Assembly: GCA_002633005.1 (NCBI GenBank)
Contig: NMRA01000195.1
Span: 162,559 to 226,558, forward strand
Direction: 5' to 3'
Source: Phoronis australis
Taxonomy: Eukaryota; Animalia; Phoronida
DNA length: 64,000 nucleotides
Every line of letters starts with the position of its first letter. Positions within the stretch are counted from its first letter, which is position 1. This document shows positions 40,126 through 54,020 of this stretch, in pieces. Made by a program: the position numbers and the translations under genes. A model generated the notes under the pieces. The model made no database searches. It had not been told where the DNA came from and saw nothing but the letters and a program-made list of their open reading frames with translations.

Positions 40126-40357
40126 GTTGATGGCGTTCGGTGCTGGACGTCGTGTTTGTATCGGGGAAAATTTTGCAAAGTCACGACTCTTTCTGGTAAT
40201 GTCGGCGTTTCTCCAAAAATTCGACGTGGTGCCAGAGAACTCTTCCGACGTGCCGTCTCATGATCCGAAAGGATATTCATTGGGGCTTGTCCTGAAACCT
40301 CAACCGTTCAAGGTCCGTGTCACTGAAAGATGTGCACCGATCCAAAAGAAAAGTTAG
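40126..40357 (+). CDS. Cytochrome P450 last exon (heme-binding motif)
   Basis: LMAFGAGRRVCIGENFAKSRLFL; stop TAG at 40355-40357. Confidence 0.95.
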
Positions 40358-40582
40358 AAAATCACGGTCCGAGGTGAAATACTATGCACGTGTCTGCAGC
40401 ACATGCGCAAACGAATTTTGTGTTAGGCAACTTATACATTGGTTGAAGCACATTGATCATCAAAATTTTCTACACAATTTACCAGTTATTCTTTTAAGGC
40501 GTTGACTAGTTGATACTTTATTGAATACTATTTCCATTTCAAATAACCTAAACATTGAATTAGACGTTTCTGGGATTTTGGC

Positions 40583-40592
40583 AATAAATAAA
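40583..40592 (+). terminator. Candidate polyadenylation signal of the CYP gene
   Basis: Overlapping AATAAATAAA ~225 nt after the stop codon. Confidence 0.45.
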
Positions 40593-43254
40593 GTGTTAAC
40601 CATCAATGAAGTCTTACTAAATACAGGGAAACCAAGTGCATGCCTGCACTGCCGTAGGAAGCAGGGGCGGGGAGGGTCGTGCCCCCAATAATTTGTTGGC
40701 GTCAGGTTTAACCGTGGCAACCGACATACAAAAGCGTGGTTACTAGGGGCAGTCGATAAAAGAAAAACATCAAAACAAAGAGAAGAGAACAAATTCAGGA
40801 TAACATTTGACAACTATCATTGCATGATTTATCTTTTGAAGGCCCTGGCCAGGAAATTGTCGTTAGGGGGCTCGCTTTTCGTGGCATAGTTTACCTAAGC
40901 ACACTTAAAAACGTGCACTTAATCATTCATACCTGTATTTCGAAACAAGTGATACCATTTGTAAAGAACAACTTTTGCTGATTGTATTGATTACGCTAGG
41001 AATTAAATTCATTAAGACAACTTTGCGAATACAAAACAATATTTTTCCAGAGACCCCACTCTGGGAAAGGATAATAGAGACAAAGGTGGCTCTATTTTTC
41101 CGTTTCTTTGTGCCAGCTAAAACTTGTAGATGTGTTCATATGTGCTTTACATTGTTTTTAACATGAAAAGTTTTTTGGTAGAGTGTAAATGTACCGCGTA
41201 CTGTTTCAATTCCAGGGGAAAGGAGTTTCCATGATCAGAGTAAGAAGTTTGCTATAATTGTTAAGGCGTTTTTTCAAGTGGGCGCTCATGGGTCATAAGC
41301 CAGTTGTGTATCCGGCATAACAGTAAAAATTTTCCCTTGATAAGAACAACAAAAAATGACATCGTATTTTTGCTAATATTGATCCTATTTCTTCGGAGAA
41401 AAACGAACACAATTTTTTTTTTCACTTAGAATGCAATTTCTGAAGCTAATTTGATAGAAAAGTCACCCTCTTTGGTCCAGAACAGTTGGATTTATTTCTT
41501 CCATATTTTACTGTCTAAAAGTTTCTGATGCCGATGGGATCTGTCTACCGCCGTATTTTTAAAAGTCTGTAGACGAGTACCTATCACTGCTGTATTGTCT
41601 AAGTTTCTTATGAAGCACACTGTGCGCGCGCACACACGCATTGGGAAACAACAAACTACATGTATATCAGGGAATTAAATATGCAATATTGGTCCACCTG
41701 TTCAAGAATTTCTTGTGATTATTCAATATTTATTTCTCTAAACCATGAAAATAGATGATTCCATGTTTGGCAACTTCTAAATGTGGTTGATTATTTGCGT
41801 GAGGTGACGTACATAATATTTCAGAACAACCAGATTTCTCAATTATATGTCTTTGGGCGTTACCTCTAGATCTGTTTTTGATAAATCCATTCGCTAAACG
41901 TCATCTAATTAAAAGACTGCATAATATTGCAAAACCAGTACAGATGGAAAGATCATCTGACTCATTATCACACAAAAAAGCACTCATCATTTTGTAACAT
42001 TCCGATCATGTGAAGATAAGTATTTCTATTGAAAATTCTACAGAACCAAATTGTTGGGTCGTTGGGTAAATTTTAGATTTTAAAAGTGTGACTGTTTTTA
42101 TGTTTAAGACTTACGTCCAAACTCTACAGAAGTTGAACACGTCTGCTTTCACGATGTAGAAACTTAAGATCTTAAATTCATGGTTCACTTTGAAGTCACT
42201 ATATTTGAAGTAAGGAACGGACTTGGGTATAACAGGCAACGCCAACATAATTCTAGTTTTGACCTACAAGCCCGATTACCCTGTATGCACGCATTATGTA
42301 TATTACACTATGTCCTCGTTAAATCAATTAAATACTAATATTAATAATGATAATTGTTAGACGAATTCCTGCCGGGTCACCCGCAGGGTATTCCTATGGA
42401 AGAGGTGCATACATGTATANCCCCCCAATAATTTTACCGTCCTACCGGCCTGACCTGGGGTGGGATTTACTGCATACGAAAACTTAAGTTCGTAAGGCAG
42501 AAACTTCTCGCCTTATAGAGAGCACATTAACTAAAGTACAATTTCCCAGCAACATATCAAAATAACCATGTAGTAAAATGCCACGGGGTAGGAGGGATCT
42601 TAAAATTAGCTCGTTTCGACGAAAGTTAAAATCCACACTCGTACGTGACGCTGATTGGACTGAAATGGCTAAAAACTTAGTCGAAAGCACAAGAGCCACA
42701 AGAAAGTCTTCGACTGGCTATAGTGTAAATATTTTTTAAAAAAGTCATTTCGGTTACTCAAAATCAAAAAAAGTTAAATCTCGTTCATGTGATAAAAAGA
42801 GATAACGGGGACAGACAATAGAAGTTATATTTTAAAATGATATCTGTCTTTAATTTAATAAGTGGTTGCTTTTCAGTAACTGATGTAAACACCGCAATTT
42901 TGCAGGAGGTGGCCGTAACTGAAATAGAACTCGGCGATATCCACTTTTGTAGATTTGCAGAAGGCAATGACCAAAAGTCTATAAGCAACGTCAGCGATAC
43001 ATTCAAATTTTTCTGAACCCCCGTCAATAATGTTACGCATGTACACTTTGTTAAATTGCTTTTATTTTCTTAACTATCTCACATATCAGAAAGTTACAAA
43101 TGGTTTGAGTGCTCGCGTAGGAGCTTGCGGGTGGGGGTAATTTTTGAATTTCGATATCAGTGAACAATGGAACGTTCAGGGCTCACCTGAAAAAATATTG
43201 GTCATCTGAACGGCATAGAGTTGAGAGTATGCCAATGTTAAAGAACTCCGTTAA

Positions 43255-43919
43255 AGAAAAATGCCATCTTTCTTATTTCGTTTTTACCGACTTAATCGGT
43301 CTACATCAACATCGCCTCGTCCACGGTCGATCTCACTTCTACAGTGTACATGTACGAGGGGTGTAGCGTTAATGGGCAGGAAGGAGGGTTCACAACGCAG
43401 CAGGGTCAGTGGTTCTTCAGCAGAGCGTGTGCGGCTATTGCGTGGCGTATCGTTCTCGCTCGTGCGAACCGTTGAACTGGAGGGAAAGCTGGTATATCGT
43501 TTTTTTGATTTTCTCGAGAACCCCCAATCCTTTGGAAGTGGCTCGCAGCAGTAGCGAATCAAAAGCTTGTCGTCATTACCAACCTTGAGGTCGTGAAGTA
43601 TATCCGTGTGTGTGGCCGGCATGGTTCTGTTTCAAAATGAGTTAAAGGTATTCTCACTTTAATGACTGTTTAATAAAAATTAAACAAGGTTCATCGAAAA
43701 ACTGTCTCAGTAGATTAAGTTTGTACTGTCTTTGAAGTGCTTCTGAGTGGAAATATTTTGGGTTACCATCACTGAACAAATGATTCGGCGTTATCGGCTT
43801 CAGATGGAATAGAGCCAATTGACCGGGCAATCGAGGCAGTGAGAACGCATGCTAACCCAGCCTTTGCTGGCAGAAAGCTGTTGTCAAATAACCCGATTTT
43901 TATGGTATGGTCTTTATAT

Positions 43920-43957
<38 letters not shown>

Positions 43958-45045
43958 GCACGCACGCACGCACATGTACATACACGCACAAGCACGCATA
44001 CTCACACTCACGTGCGCGCACACACACACACACAAACACACACACACTCACACACACACACACACACCTTATTCGAATCATTGTTATTTAACAGTTGTTG
44101 CCCTGTACGGTTCTGTGGGGGGTCACCTTGCTTCGTGTCGCACGACGGTTATGTAGATTTGCAAATTTGCAGCGTTTTTACAAAAGTTATTCTCTCCCTG
44201 AATACTTATATGGTTCCATTGTCTAGTTTTTTCGTCACTTGAAGTCTAATATTCAGCTTTGGCAAAGCACTAACCCGGCTGATTTATGTTCTTGATGTCT
44301 CCAGTCTGGTGCCGGCGACGGGCCTAATCGGGTTCTTAGCCACTATGTTACAGTGAGCGATTTGTGCGCTCAGCAGTGCAAAATATCGTAAGTCGAAAAT
44401 ATAACACGCAGTTATTCTCTCCTATTTGTATTTCACGCAAGAAAAGATGATTGCCGAAGAGATACCAACTTCCCGCGACTGACCCCGGTAATTTAGCCAG
44501 CCGAACTTGTACAGCACACATCACGNGATGTCTCCAGTCTGGTGCCGGCGACGGGCCTAATCGGGTTCTTAGCCACTATGTTACAGTGAGCGATTTGTGC
44601 GCTCAGCAGTGCAAAATATCGTAAGTCGAAAATATAACACGCAGTTATTCTCTCCTATTTGTATTTCACGCAAGAAAAGATTATTGCCGAAGAGATACCA
44701 ACTTCCCGCGACTGACCCCGGTAATTTAGCCAGCCGAACTTGTATGATACTGTACGTTCGAAAGTTATATAAATCCGAAATGAAACTACTCGTTTATTTA
44801 AAATGTCGGTGTATTTCTAAGGGTTTTTTATCCAATTATGGTGATTCTTGGTGGAAAACGATAAAGTAAAGCGAAAAGTTGACCCGGCAAGCGTGTGGTG
44901 AACGGTTGAACAGACTGTGTTAGAACCTATGGCGTCATTGGTAAATTTCAGAACCCACGTCTGGTGTCTGGCAATACAACTGAGATTGATGTGATTGAGT
45001 GGAACTACTCGATCTAAATTCATACAAAATACGTTTTTGGGTGTC
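43255..45045 (+). mobile_element. Kolobok-type element copy 3 (older, degenerate)
   Basis: TTAA followed by AGAAAAATGCCATCT; frameshifted THAP remnant at ~43430-43620; right part similar to 63200-63650. Confidence 0.75.
43921..44067. repeat. Compound (CA)n/(CACG)n microsatellite
   Basis: Directly visible. Confidence 0.95.
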
Positions 45046-45132
45046 GATTTTATGTCGAAAGCCACATGCTGTGAGGGAACCACCGTGACGCTGGAAGACG
45101 CGCTGCCCTGGAGGTTGAGCAGGCTGTGTTAA

Positions 45133-45278
45133 AAAGATGGGCAGTGTGAGGACATGGCATGGAGACGAGAGGACCAGGCTGGACCAGAACGTGTGGCCGC
45201 GGCAAAGATGGGCAGTAAGAGGGCATGGCACGGTGGCGAAAGGTCTAGACTGGGCCAGAAGGGGTGGCCGCGGCAAAG
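45133..45278. repeat. 71-bp GC-rich tandem duplication (2 diverged copies)
   Basis: AGATGGGCAGT recurs at 45135 and 45206; both units end GTGGCCGCGGC. Confidence 0.8.
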
Positions 45279-46983
45279 CCAGAGAACAGTCATAACCTGT
45301 AGAGCAAAACACAACTTGCGAACAATACGTAGCAGAAAATCCCGTGAGATGAATCAAACGAATTGAACACCTAGCGCAAAACAGATGCCTATATGGTTAA
45401 TGGACTATGATGCATGTTGCCTTTGAAGGTAATGCCAGACAGAGCCTGAAGTGAAACAGAAGGCCGCATTAAGCTTGGGAAAGTCTTTCAGGACAGACTT
45501 CATCATGGGGAAGTCGAGCCTGGTCACTAGCTGTTTTAGTGACGTGCGGGATTTGTAAGTAGACAATTGTTCATGTCCGGATAACTGACATACCGGAATT
45601 CAATATCTGTCTCGCCACGAACCGCGGAACTTAACCAACTGAAAGCGATATCTATCGTTGTCGTTGGGGGAAATAAAAACACGCTACCAGTTAAGAACAG
45701 AAAGTAAACTAAATATTTAGATATAGTGGAGACAGGGAATACACGAATGACTGGGGAGGTGGTGAAAACTTGCGAACTGAAACAGGCACAAAACACAGAT
45801 TAAAATGAAAGTAGTGAACCAGCTTACGTAGCTGTCCGAATAGAAACACATTCAATAGAATTTATAAAAACTGGTTTATGTACAAACGTACATGTACTTT
45901 GTAAAACGTTTTCTTCGTGTTTCAACCAGAATACATTCAACACTTTGGAAGTATCTGAAAGCAAGACGAAAACTGCCGATCAGAAAGTTATCTAATCTAA
46001 TCTAATGTTGAGTAATACTGCTGTCGCAATTTTGAACGGTAGATAGACAAAAGGCGAGAAGAAATAACGGCACATCCATAGAGCCATTTATACGTATTGA
46101 CCATAACAACGAAGCGAAAAAGCGCAACTGCATTAACGAATATTTGTTTGGGTTCAGTAACAGGAGGCTACCAGGAATCTATACTTGTATTAGTCACTTT
46201 ACCGTTACAACAAGAATGACCTAAGCAATGATGACATGTGTTCTTTATTATCAGCAAGACGTCTTTAGCTTACACCGGAGGTGCGTGACATACAATGCAC
46301 ATGTACTAGCGACCTAAAACTCTGACAACAACGCTGTTGAGGCATTAAGATATATGAAAGTCAAACAACGCAAGATACTAATGTTTTCTCACCCGAGTTT
46401 TTCAACTTTTTTGGAAAGACATTTCCAATTGACAGGGAGATCGTTTTACGGCATTAGTTCTCGGATTTAAAACATGGGAAGAACTCACTGCATGTGCATT
46501 GGATCAATGAAAGCCCGTGATGAATGATTGTGTCCACAATTCAATTTCTCACGGCGAAGATTCCTTTTCGTACTTTGGACTATTGTTTTCATGCTAACTC
46601 GAGAGAAATGCTATTTAACGTACGATGACGATCACGATGAAATTCATGAAGCCAGGTGAATTTTGAACAAACCGATCCAAAATCTACCTGCCTAACCTTA
46701 GCAAAGTAATGTTTTTTTAAATTATATGTTCTGCCAAAATTAGTCCATCATCTGACACAACTGGAGATGACATAGCTGAGTTGCTTGGCAAGCTATTTGA
46801 TAGCTTCGTCTGGGAAAAAATCTGACAAAATTAACAGAACCATCTCGTTCAGGATTTATCGCTTAGCGAGCGTAAAGTGTACACTTAAAATCAATCATCA
46901 ACGATTAATACATGCGCTAACCATAAAACTCTAACCCCGGAGTGTAAACTTCTGCACGTTACCAGTGTTTTTGATAATTAGAC

Positions 46984-47063
46984 ATTTATTTATCTATTTA
47001 TTATTGTTTTATTTACAATGAGGGTAGCCCTTTAGTTCTCACTGCTTTCCATGGAGGCCTTCA
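46984..47063 (-). mobile_element. 3' terminal stub of a CR1/L2-type LINE or SINE
   Basis: Minus strand reads GGCCTCCATGGAAAGCAG..GGGCTACCCT..AATAAA, then a (TAAA)-like tail. Confidence 0.5.
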
Positions 47064-48020
47064 GTTGCGACCCCGAGATTAGACGTTAGAATTTGGCAAA
47101 ATTAGTTTGCACACCCGACATTGTGTTTGCCAATAACCTTGATATTTACGGATTGTCCCAGTTTTTGATGTTTTACCGCTATGCTCGGCGCGCAATCAAA
47201 ATTCCTCGCCTTCTGACACACAGAGAAATTGAAATGTTATCGTATACATGATTGTAATTTCCCGCCCTACTTTCCCTAATTCCGGCTCGATTAAAAAGAA
47301 AATCGGTCTTCGTGGGTTTTTGAGGAGACTGCAATTTCTCATATTGGACTTAAAAAACAAAAAAAAACACCGCCTGGAAATTTTGGTTGTTTTGTCTCTC
47401 GTTTGACAAAAAAACGCTGTCGGAACGTTTTCTTTGTGTCACGGCAACTATTTCAACATTGAGTTTCGGTATAAGCACAGGCGTGCAGCTTTTTCTCCGG
47501 ACAATCCCATTTTCAGTTCAAATGCCTGTGAATGCAATAAACGTATTAGAATCCGGCAAAAAGTGACATATGCGATCACGTAACGTAAAACGTTGTCGTG
47601 ACACTCGGGAACACGAGCCTTGGTTTCATGATAAACGCATGGAAACTCCATACAAGGTATGTCAACATTAACATTTACATGTTATTGAAAGCAGAGCTAT
47701 AGGAACATTGGTTTTATCTTCCATAATTCTGAAAAGGGCCAAAAACCAGAAGAAATTTCCGGTACTGGGGGAGCATAATTCTTGAGAGTGGTATTGCTGT
47801 AATAAAGAAATCAAACTCTCCTTGGTTTCTATGGAAAAATCATGAGTATTCACCGATAACATTTCGTTTCTTTATACAAGTTTGTATCAACGACGAATGA
47901 GACCGTCTGTTAGGGTGCAAACCAACCATTAGACAGTTTAGGAAATCCGTGCGAGTTTTAAAACGGATTATCCATAAAAATGTTAAGATCGTTTAGCCTT
48001 TCGTTAACTGTATACAGTCA

Positions 48021-48571
48021 GAGGTCCTAAAGTCGTGAACGATCTTATTTCCTATTCCGCGCAGTCCCGCAATATCTGGCGTTGAAGTTCCATCAAACGA
48101 ATGCCCGGAGTTGTTGGTATTCACAAAATGATATCAAACAGTGAGTGAGTGGCTTCTTTTTTCAAATGTATCTTAAAAACAGCATATATCACTAATCCAC
48201 TTTTTGTGCATTTTTGGGATATATTTTCGAAAAAAAATTCATCATCAAACACGCGCTCAAGGAGTAGCTTGAACAATGCATCAACATGTCCCAGGATCGA
48301 TCAAGTTTTGTAAGGCCAAAGCAGTAAAATACAGAGAGGAAATTGATGCTGGGTTCTTAGCGTTTTACGTGAAAAAACCTCACTGAAAACGTCTCTGCAC
48401 ATTAAGGTTGGGTGCAAAGCATATAACAATTTATTTCAATTGAAACTGAATTAATAAACAATGCAATGCATTTTGATGTCGTCTACAATAACTGTAAGTA
48501 CTGTAGTTGACTTGTGTGGTCTTACTTCGTGCATTTCCGTCTAAACTAAACGGTCACGACTTTAGGGCCTC
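48021..48571. mobile_element. MITE with ~21-bp TIRs and GAG...CTC termini (Sola-like ends)
   Basis: GAGGTCCTAAAGTCGTGAACG...CGGTCACGACTTTAGGGCCTC. No clean TSD. Confidence 0.65.
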
Positions 48572-51235
48572 ATTCAAAATGGCCGGCGATATCAGCGACC
48601 GTTTCAAAACTCTGCTGACGGAGACAGACAAGGATTAAGATTGTCAAATTACGTATATTTGGGAAGGCTGATATATGTCCATGACATCACATGAGTAGCT
48701 GCTAACGGACATTGAGTAATATGACAATCACCTGCTTATTATGCTTATATTCACGACTTTAGGTCACCGGTATGTATTACCAAAACCATAAAACTAAAGA
48801 CGTTGTGGTTAAAAACAATATTTGCACAAAATCTGTCCGAATGTAAGTCAAAACTGACTTGATTTATCAGTTCAATTGCCCTCACGACAAATGTATTTGT
48901 GTAAACACTGATTGATCAAGGTATGTTGATTATACAACTTGCCCTTTATCTCGCCGGTTATCTATGCACTTAAAAAATGGATCCATTAAAGATCACTTTC
49001 AAACAGTCCACAAAAAGAAAAATTCACTTTCATATATTGTTGATGAAACTATCCTTAGGTATTTTGAACGGGATATCTTTCGTTTGACAATTCCGGCTCT
49101 AGGGTCTGATAATAAAAACATACATTCTCAAGATACTGGGTTCCATCTTACCTTGTTGTTACATAAAAATAACTACATTTTGTAACACCTATGTTTATAA
49201 CGCCTCCGACAAATGTAACGTACATATATATAGACATTGTGTTAGCAAAAACCACTAAGCCAGTTCATGCATAGACTATAGTACATGGACCGCCAACTCC
49301 GTATACTTTCAATGGAATAAATGTGTGACCTTACGCACAAGCCCTTACGTCATTATTCACTGGCGACACCTGGCTAAATTATCTGGTGCAATTTCCGGCA
49401 AGTAAATGTACGTCGTCTGCTAATCATGGTCGGCTACGCAAAAGGTACCCGCTCATCCAAAACCTTTACGGCAAACAGATGGCGCTTCTCATCAATCACG
49501 TGTCATTTTTTCGCTCAAATAAGACTGTCTGCCAGAGAATCTTAACCAAGCACCTTGACCTACATTCTGCTGCTGGTGACTGTAGCCACAGGTCACGAGA
49601 GTTCATGAACCAGACAGTGTACGTATTGATGAGTGGCGAATTTGTGTGGAAAAGAAATCTTTGTGTCCGACATTCCATGTTTAAAACCCCATTTGTAATA
49701 ACTATTTATAACATATAATTAAGATGAAAGTGTTAATAATCTACGCTGTTGTGGCTGCTCGGCCTAAACGCTGGGGTAAAATATATATTCAATGAACGTG
49801 ACCATGGTGAGGCTACTAAACCGGGCCCGGCTACTTTTCCGCTCGGCGAGATTTTGGCAACTCAACAACCATAATTTTAATTAGGTTGAAATATAGCCAC
49901 TATATTTTTTAAATTATGCTTGAATTATACATGGTGATATGCATGTTAGGTGTTATTCTCTTGCGATATTTTCTTTTTCGCTCAGTGTCTCGTTAGCCAA
50001 CAACACTGAGCCCAGCAGACCGGACTGGCCGTGGCACGGGACGGCAGCTGATGGTTCACCAAGTAGAAACGTCTGTAATATTTTATGTTCTTTCAACGGC
50101 AAAGGAGAGTGGTTTCAACTTATAAAGCATCTATTTAACGAACTGAACCATGCACTATGAACATGTTAGTGGCCATGCTTAATAACAGCTGACAGTATAA
50201 TCAAAGAGTGAAGCACTGAGCTCATCATGTCACGTTGTCACAACGGCGATGTGACGTCAGCAGCTGTAGAATGTAGGTCAAGGTGCTGGGTCAAGATTCA
50301 GTTCACACAAGAATGTCACATGACTGTAAGCAGCGCTGCCTGTTAGTAAAGCATCATTGCATCCAGCGCCATCTGTTTATGGTAAAGGTTTTGGATGAGC
50401 GGGTACCTTTTGCGTCGGCTACTGTGTGGCCGGTTGTTCGGCCACACACGCGAAATTCAAAGGAATTAGCTTCCATACCATCCGAAGACCCCATAATCGG
50501 CTGTGGGAATGATGATGAATGTTTTTAAGAGACTCTAATCTTGTCTTCACAAATCCATTTTTTCTCCGTTTTGATGAAAACTATTTGGTAAACGTTTTGA
50601 CGAAAATTATCCTCTAAATTTCTTCCAAAGGTAGTGACTCGTAAACTCTTGTTCTTACGAGGAAGTTCAGCCATAGCCGGCCCTGATCAGACGGTTGGTC
50701 TCAGCAGAATGCGCACATTTGGCCAGGATTTGGATCAGCGATTTCAACAAATTCACATTCGTGTACAAATAAATAGAACGCTGGTAAAACCTTTAACATC
50801 AATAAAGATTACATTAATACTTCATAAATAACCACCCGGACTAGCCAAAATCTGTCTCGCAATTCAACAGCAGGTTACACACTCATTTTATGTCGAATAT
50901 ATGCCGCACAAAATCTCTCGACTGCAGGCTATGAAAATGCAACCGACTTCTTTGAAAACATGGAACAGGAACACCAGAGGGGTTTAAAGGTTGTTTTTAT
51001 TCTTCAATGTTATTTTTTTGTAAGCGGACATATGGTTTTTTCAATTTCCGCCTTAAGTCCTAACATTTCTAAACTTAAGCCTTTCAAACGAACGTTTATG
51101 ACGAAAACAGAATTCTTCAACCAGTTTTGTAAAGTCCTATGCCACCTGTAGGGTACATAATGAGCCAATCCCACTCCTAATGTAACAAAAATGTCCCGTG
51201 CATAAAGGATACTAAGTATTGCCCTTCTGAAATAT

Positions 51236-51310
51236 TACCGTATGCGCCCTAATAAGCGGCCAGGGTGCTTAGAAAAATCCGCTTCATGAAGGGGGCGCTT
51301 ATTATAGCCC
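51236..51310. mobile_element. One end of a TA-CCGTA (Tc1/mariner-pogo type) MITE
   Basis: TACCGTATGCGCCCTAATAAGCGGCCAGGGTGCTTA..GGGGGCGCTTATT. Confidence 0.45.
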
Positions 51311-51719
51311 AAAAGTGGTTGAAACCCGGTCTCCGAAACAATGTGAAATCGTAAGCTAGAATTCATCAAAGTTACGCTCTGTGACGCATCTGTAACCTAT
51401 GAACAGAGTTTCTACAAAACTGCAGTGCATTGCTATCAAATTTTGTTGTCAACTTACGAGCATTTTTCAGAAAATACCACAGCCAAAAATTGCCGTGAAT
51501 CAGGTTTCAAGCTCCTCAGCTTGGTTTAACTATATATTAATAAACCATAAAAATGGTCCCAGGTGGTCAGTGCAATGCCTGCGCACGTCTAATAAATGTG
51601 TATCATGCAGCTCCTGATTTAAACAAAGGTCTGTTTTTTAATTTTGGTCCGGTATAAATGACGCCACAGACCTGGAAATCCAGCGAAACACTTCTACCTA
51701 ACAAATCTGACAATCCCTA

Positions 51720-52436
51720 GTCTCAGAAAATTTGAGCACCCGGCAAAAGATACTAATGATGAAATTCTGGTGATGATAATCACCCACTTTGTTTATTTAC
51801 TTCACCTCAAATTGAGATACTTGGTAAGATGAAGCCCATTCGAGTAAGCTTCATGTGGGTCCCAATGTCAACCCAATATATGATAGAACCCAACAAGCTC
51901 AAGTTGCAGTCAAATCAGGATGGGCATAAATAAGGAAATTCACTGTATCAACAGATTGGCCAAATCAGAATAAGATACAAATTGTTGTTACAGTGCACAC
52001 GTGCACGATACTTGGTCTATTATTTTCCCGCCGTAAATGCATGAACCAATCAGATCACCAATGGCGCAAAATTTTCGAAAACAGCTCGATTTTTAGGGAG
52101 TCCTGTTTTAATGTTCTATTTAATTTCAAAACTTTATTATGTTACATTTAGTTTATTTTCTGTTCAACTCAATGAAGCCACCTAATATGAATACATTCAA
52201 CACATTTGATGCATTGTAAAAACCAAAAGTTATGCTGTATCAACGTTAGACAAAATCAGTACACCCCTTTCTTAAAAAATGGGTTAAAAGTTAGAAAAAA
52301 AGGACACAAGTTTGCATCACTTGTAACTTCGATTTTCGACATTGATGTTGGGGAGGAACAACAGTCTGGCGACAGCAATACGTAATCACACGAAGGTGCT
52401 GATTTTCAAAATTTGATTCGTTTTCGTAGTATGTCT
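51720..52436 (-). repeat. Inverted paralogue of 22385-23110
   Basis: For example GAGCTTGTTGGG, TTTAAGAAA.GGGTGTACTG and GTGAAGTAAATAAACAAAGTGG are shared in reverse complement. Confidence 0.8.
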
Positions 52437-53319
52437 NTGTGTAAACCCCAAGTAAACCAACTTGGAGAAAATTGAGGGGGTGGGGGCGGGGCGGTGGGGT
52501 TCACTCTGAAAATATAGTTTTTGCATTGTGAATTGCTGAGTCTTTGTGTCTCATCGGCAAAACGCGCGGGGATTTATTGTGCGCGCGCTTCCGTCGACAC
52601 TTCTGAAGTAGCCAAGCATTTTAGATGGATTCACCGCTGAAAGAGCAGTTCTATAGCTGATTTCTTTAGGTAACTAGCTTCTGTACTCTAAGATATATTT
52701 TGATTTGATTAGGGGACATACTGCGGTGCCGTAACCCTGATATTCAGGCGAATTGACGTGCAACGTTTTTACCTCATCTGTCATGCCGTGTTATTCAATT
52801 ACACTCCACACGTTTGTAACTGGTGCATAGTAAAGTTGTCTTGCGCAATATCAAACAGTGTACATGTACATGTAATATTGTGTACATGTACATGTAATAT
52901 TTAAAAAAAATCTTTTTCCGAAGAATTGCTATTGTGGCGGACGCCGTGGTCTGGTCGCGAGTCCGTTTGAAGACACACTCTATAACAAATTATGTCTATC
53001 CAAGGAATGACCAAGGGGGCACTCACATTGAGAAAGTGACCGCATTCGCGAAAAGTGTACAGTACCAGAAATTGCGGGGAGGCTGTTCTTTCACAACAAA
53101 GTCTTGCGAGACTCGTGCGATGTTCAATAGGCCTCCTAAGGAGCCCTTAGCTAGTTCCGACCTCAACACCTACTGTACCGTCTGCCTACCTGCAATAAGC
53201 ACACTGCCGTCTTCTATACTGGGAATTTCCGCAGAAAGGCTCACCCGATGAAACGCTCATGCCCATGGGCATTTATTTGATATTAGTATATTAGTACTTC
53301 GGGTTTCAAGCGTTCAGAC

Positions 53320-53665
53320 ATCGGGACGTTTATTTCGAAAATTGCAGGAGATGCAAATAGGTCCTGGGATGCTTCGTCAAGGTTTGAAGTAGTCCATGAT
53401 GAACGGATCATATTTAGTTGCGCATATAAGTCTTTTGAATGAACTTGGCATTCTCAAGGGTCTTAGTGTCAACTGAGCTGCGAAACGAGATGCTGACATT
53501 GTAGAGGCTTACAAGCTCATTGACACAGCAGTTGACGAAGTGCCAGCGTTGGGAACAAACATAGAAGATATCTGGGTAGAATGGTTCCAAGACGAGCAAA
53601 TCATTGGATCCGATATACAAACTCCTCGGCAGTCTAGACAACAGAAGGATAGGACTAACGTATGA
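53320..53665 (+). mobile_element. hAT transposase remnant (PRKRIR/THAP12/ZMYM1-like)
   Basis: LGILKGLSVN*..RDADIVEAYKLID...IEDIWVEWF...PRQSRQQKDRTNV matches the hAT C-terminal pattern LSxxLQ..DIxxA..PRxxxRQxxRxN. Confidence 0.75.
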
Positions 53666-53729
53666 GTAACCACTGGGAATTAAAATTTTAGAGAGAAGTT
53701 TTCAATTCAAAATTTTTTGCATAGTACAC

Positions 53730-54020
53730 TTTAGGTCTCGCGACGGACCAGGCCAGCTTGATTTGTGTAGATGATGAGTTTCAGTGTACTTCTCGTCCCT
53801 CGGCTAACTAGTCTTGTTATTTTTTTTACCAAAGTGTACTTTGTAAAACTATTTATCTCAGCCAGTACTGTTTGGTCCCGCGACAGATCGACTATTTTAT
53901 AGGGATAATAAGCACAGGGGTAATCTTGGTCTCGTGACGGACCAGGTCAGCTTTTGTATACTCTCAGTGTACATCTGGTCTCTTTGCAAACTAGTCCGGT
54001 GTATCTTTTACCACTGTGCA
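53730..54020. repeat. ~195-bp diverged direct repeat (2 copies)
   Basis: GGTCTCG(C/T)GACGGACCAGG(C/T)CAGCTT...TCAGTGTAC...AACTAGTC at ~53734 and ~53928. Confidence 0.7.

Noticed and set aside
43769-44242. His/Thr- and Cys/Val-rich ORFs
   Set aside because: Translations of a (CA)n microsatellite.
44294-44744. 218-bp near-identical tandem duplication
   Set aside because: The copies flank an N join (44526) and differ at one base, so this is most likely contig overlap or a haplotype artefact.
45300-51200. Scattered 60-110 aa ORFs
   Set aside because: No protein-like motifs recognised; the region appears intergenic and repeat-derived.
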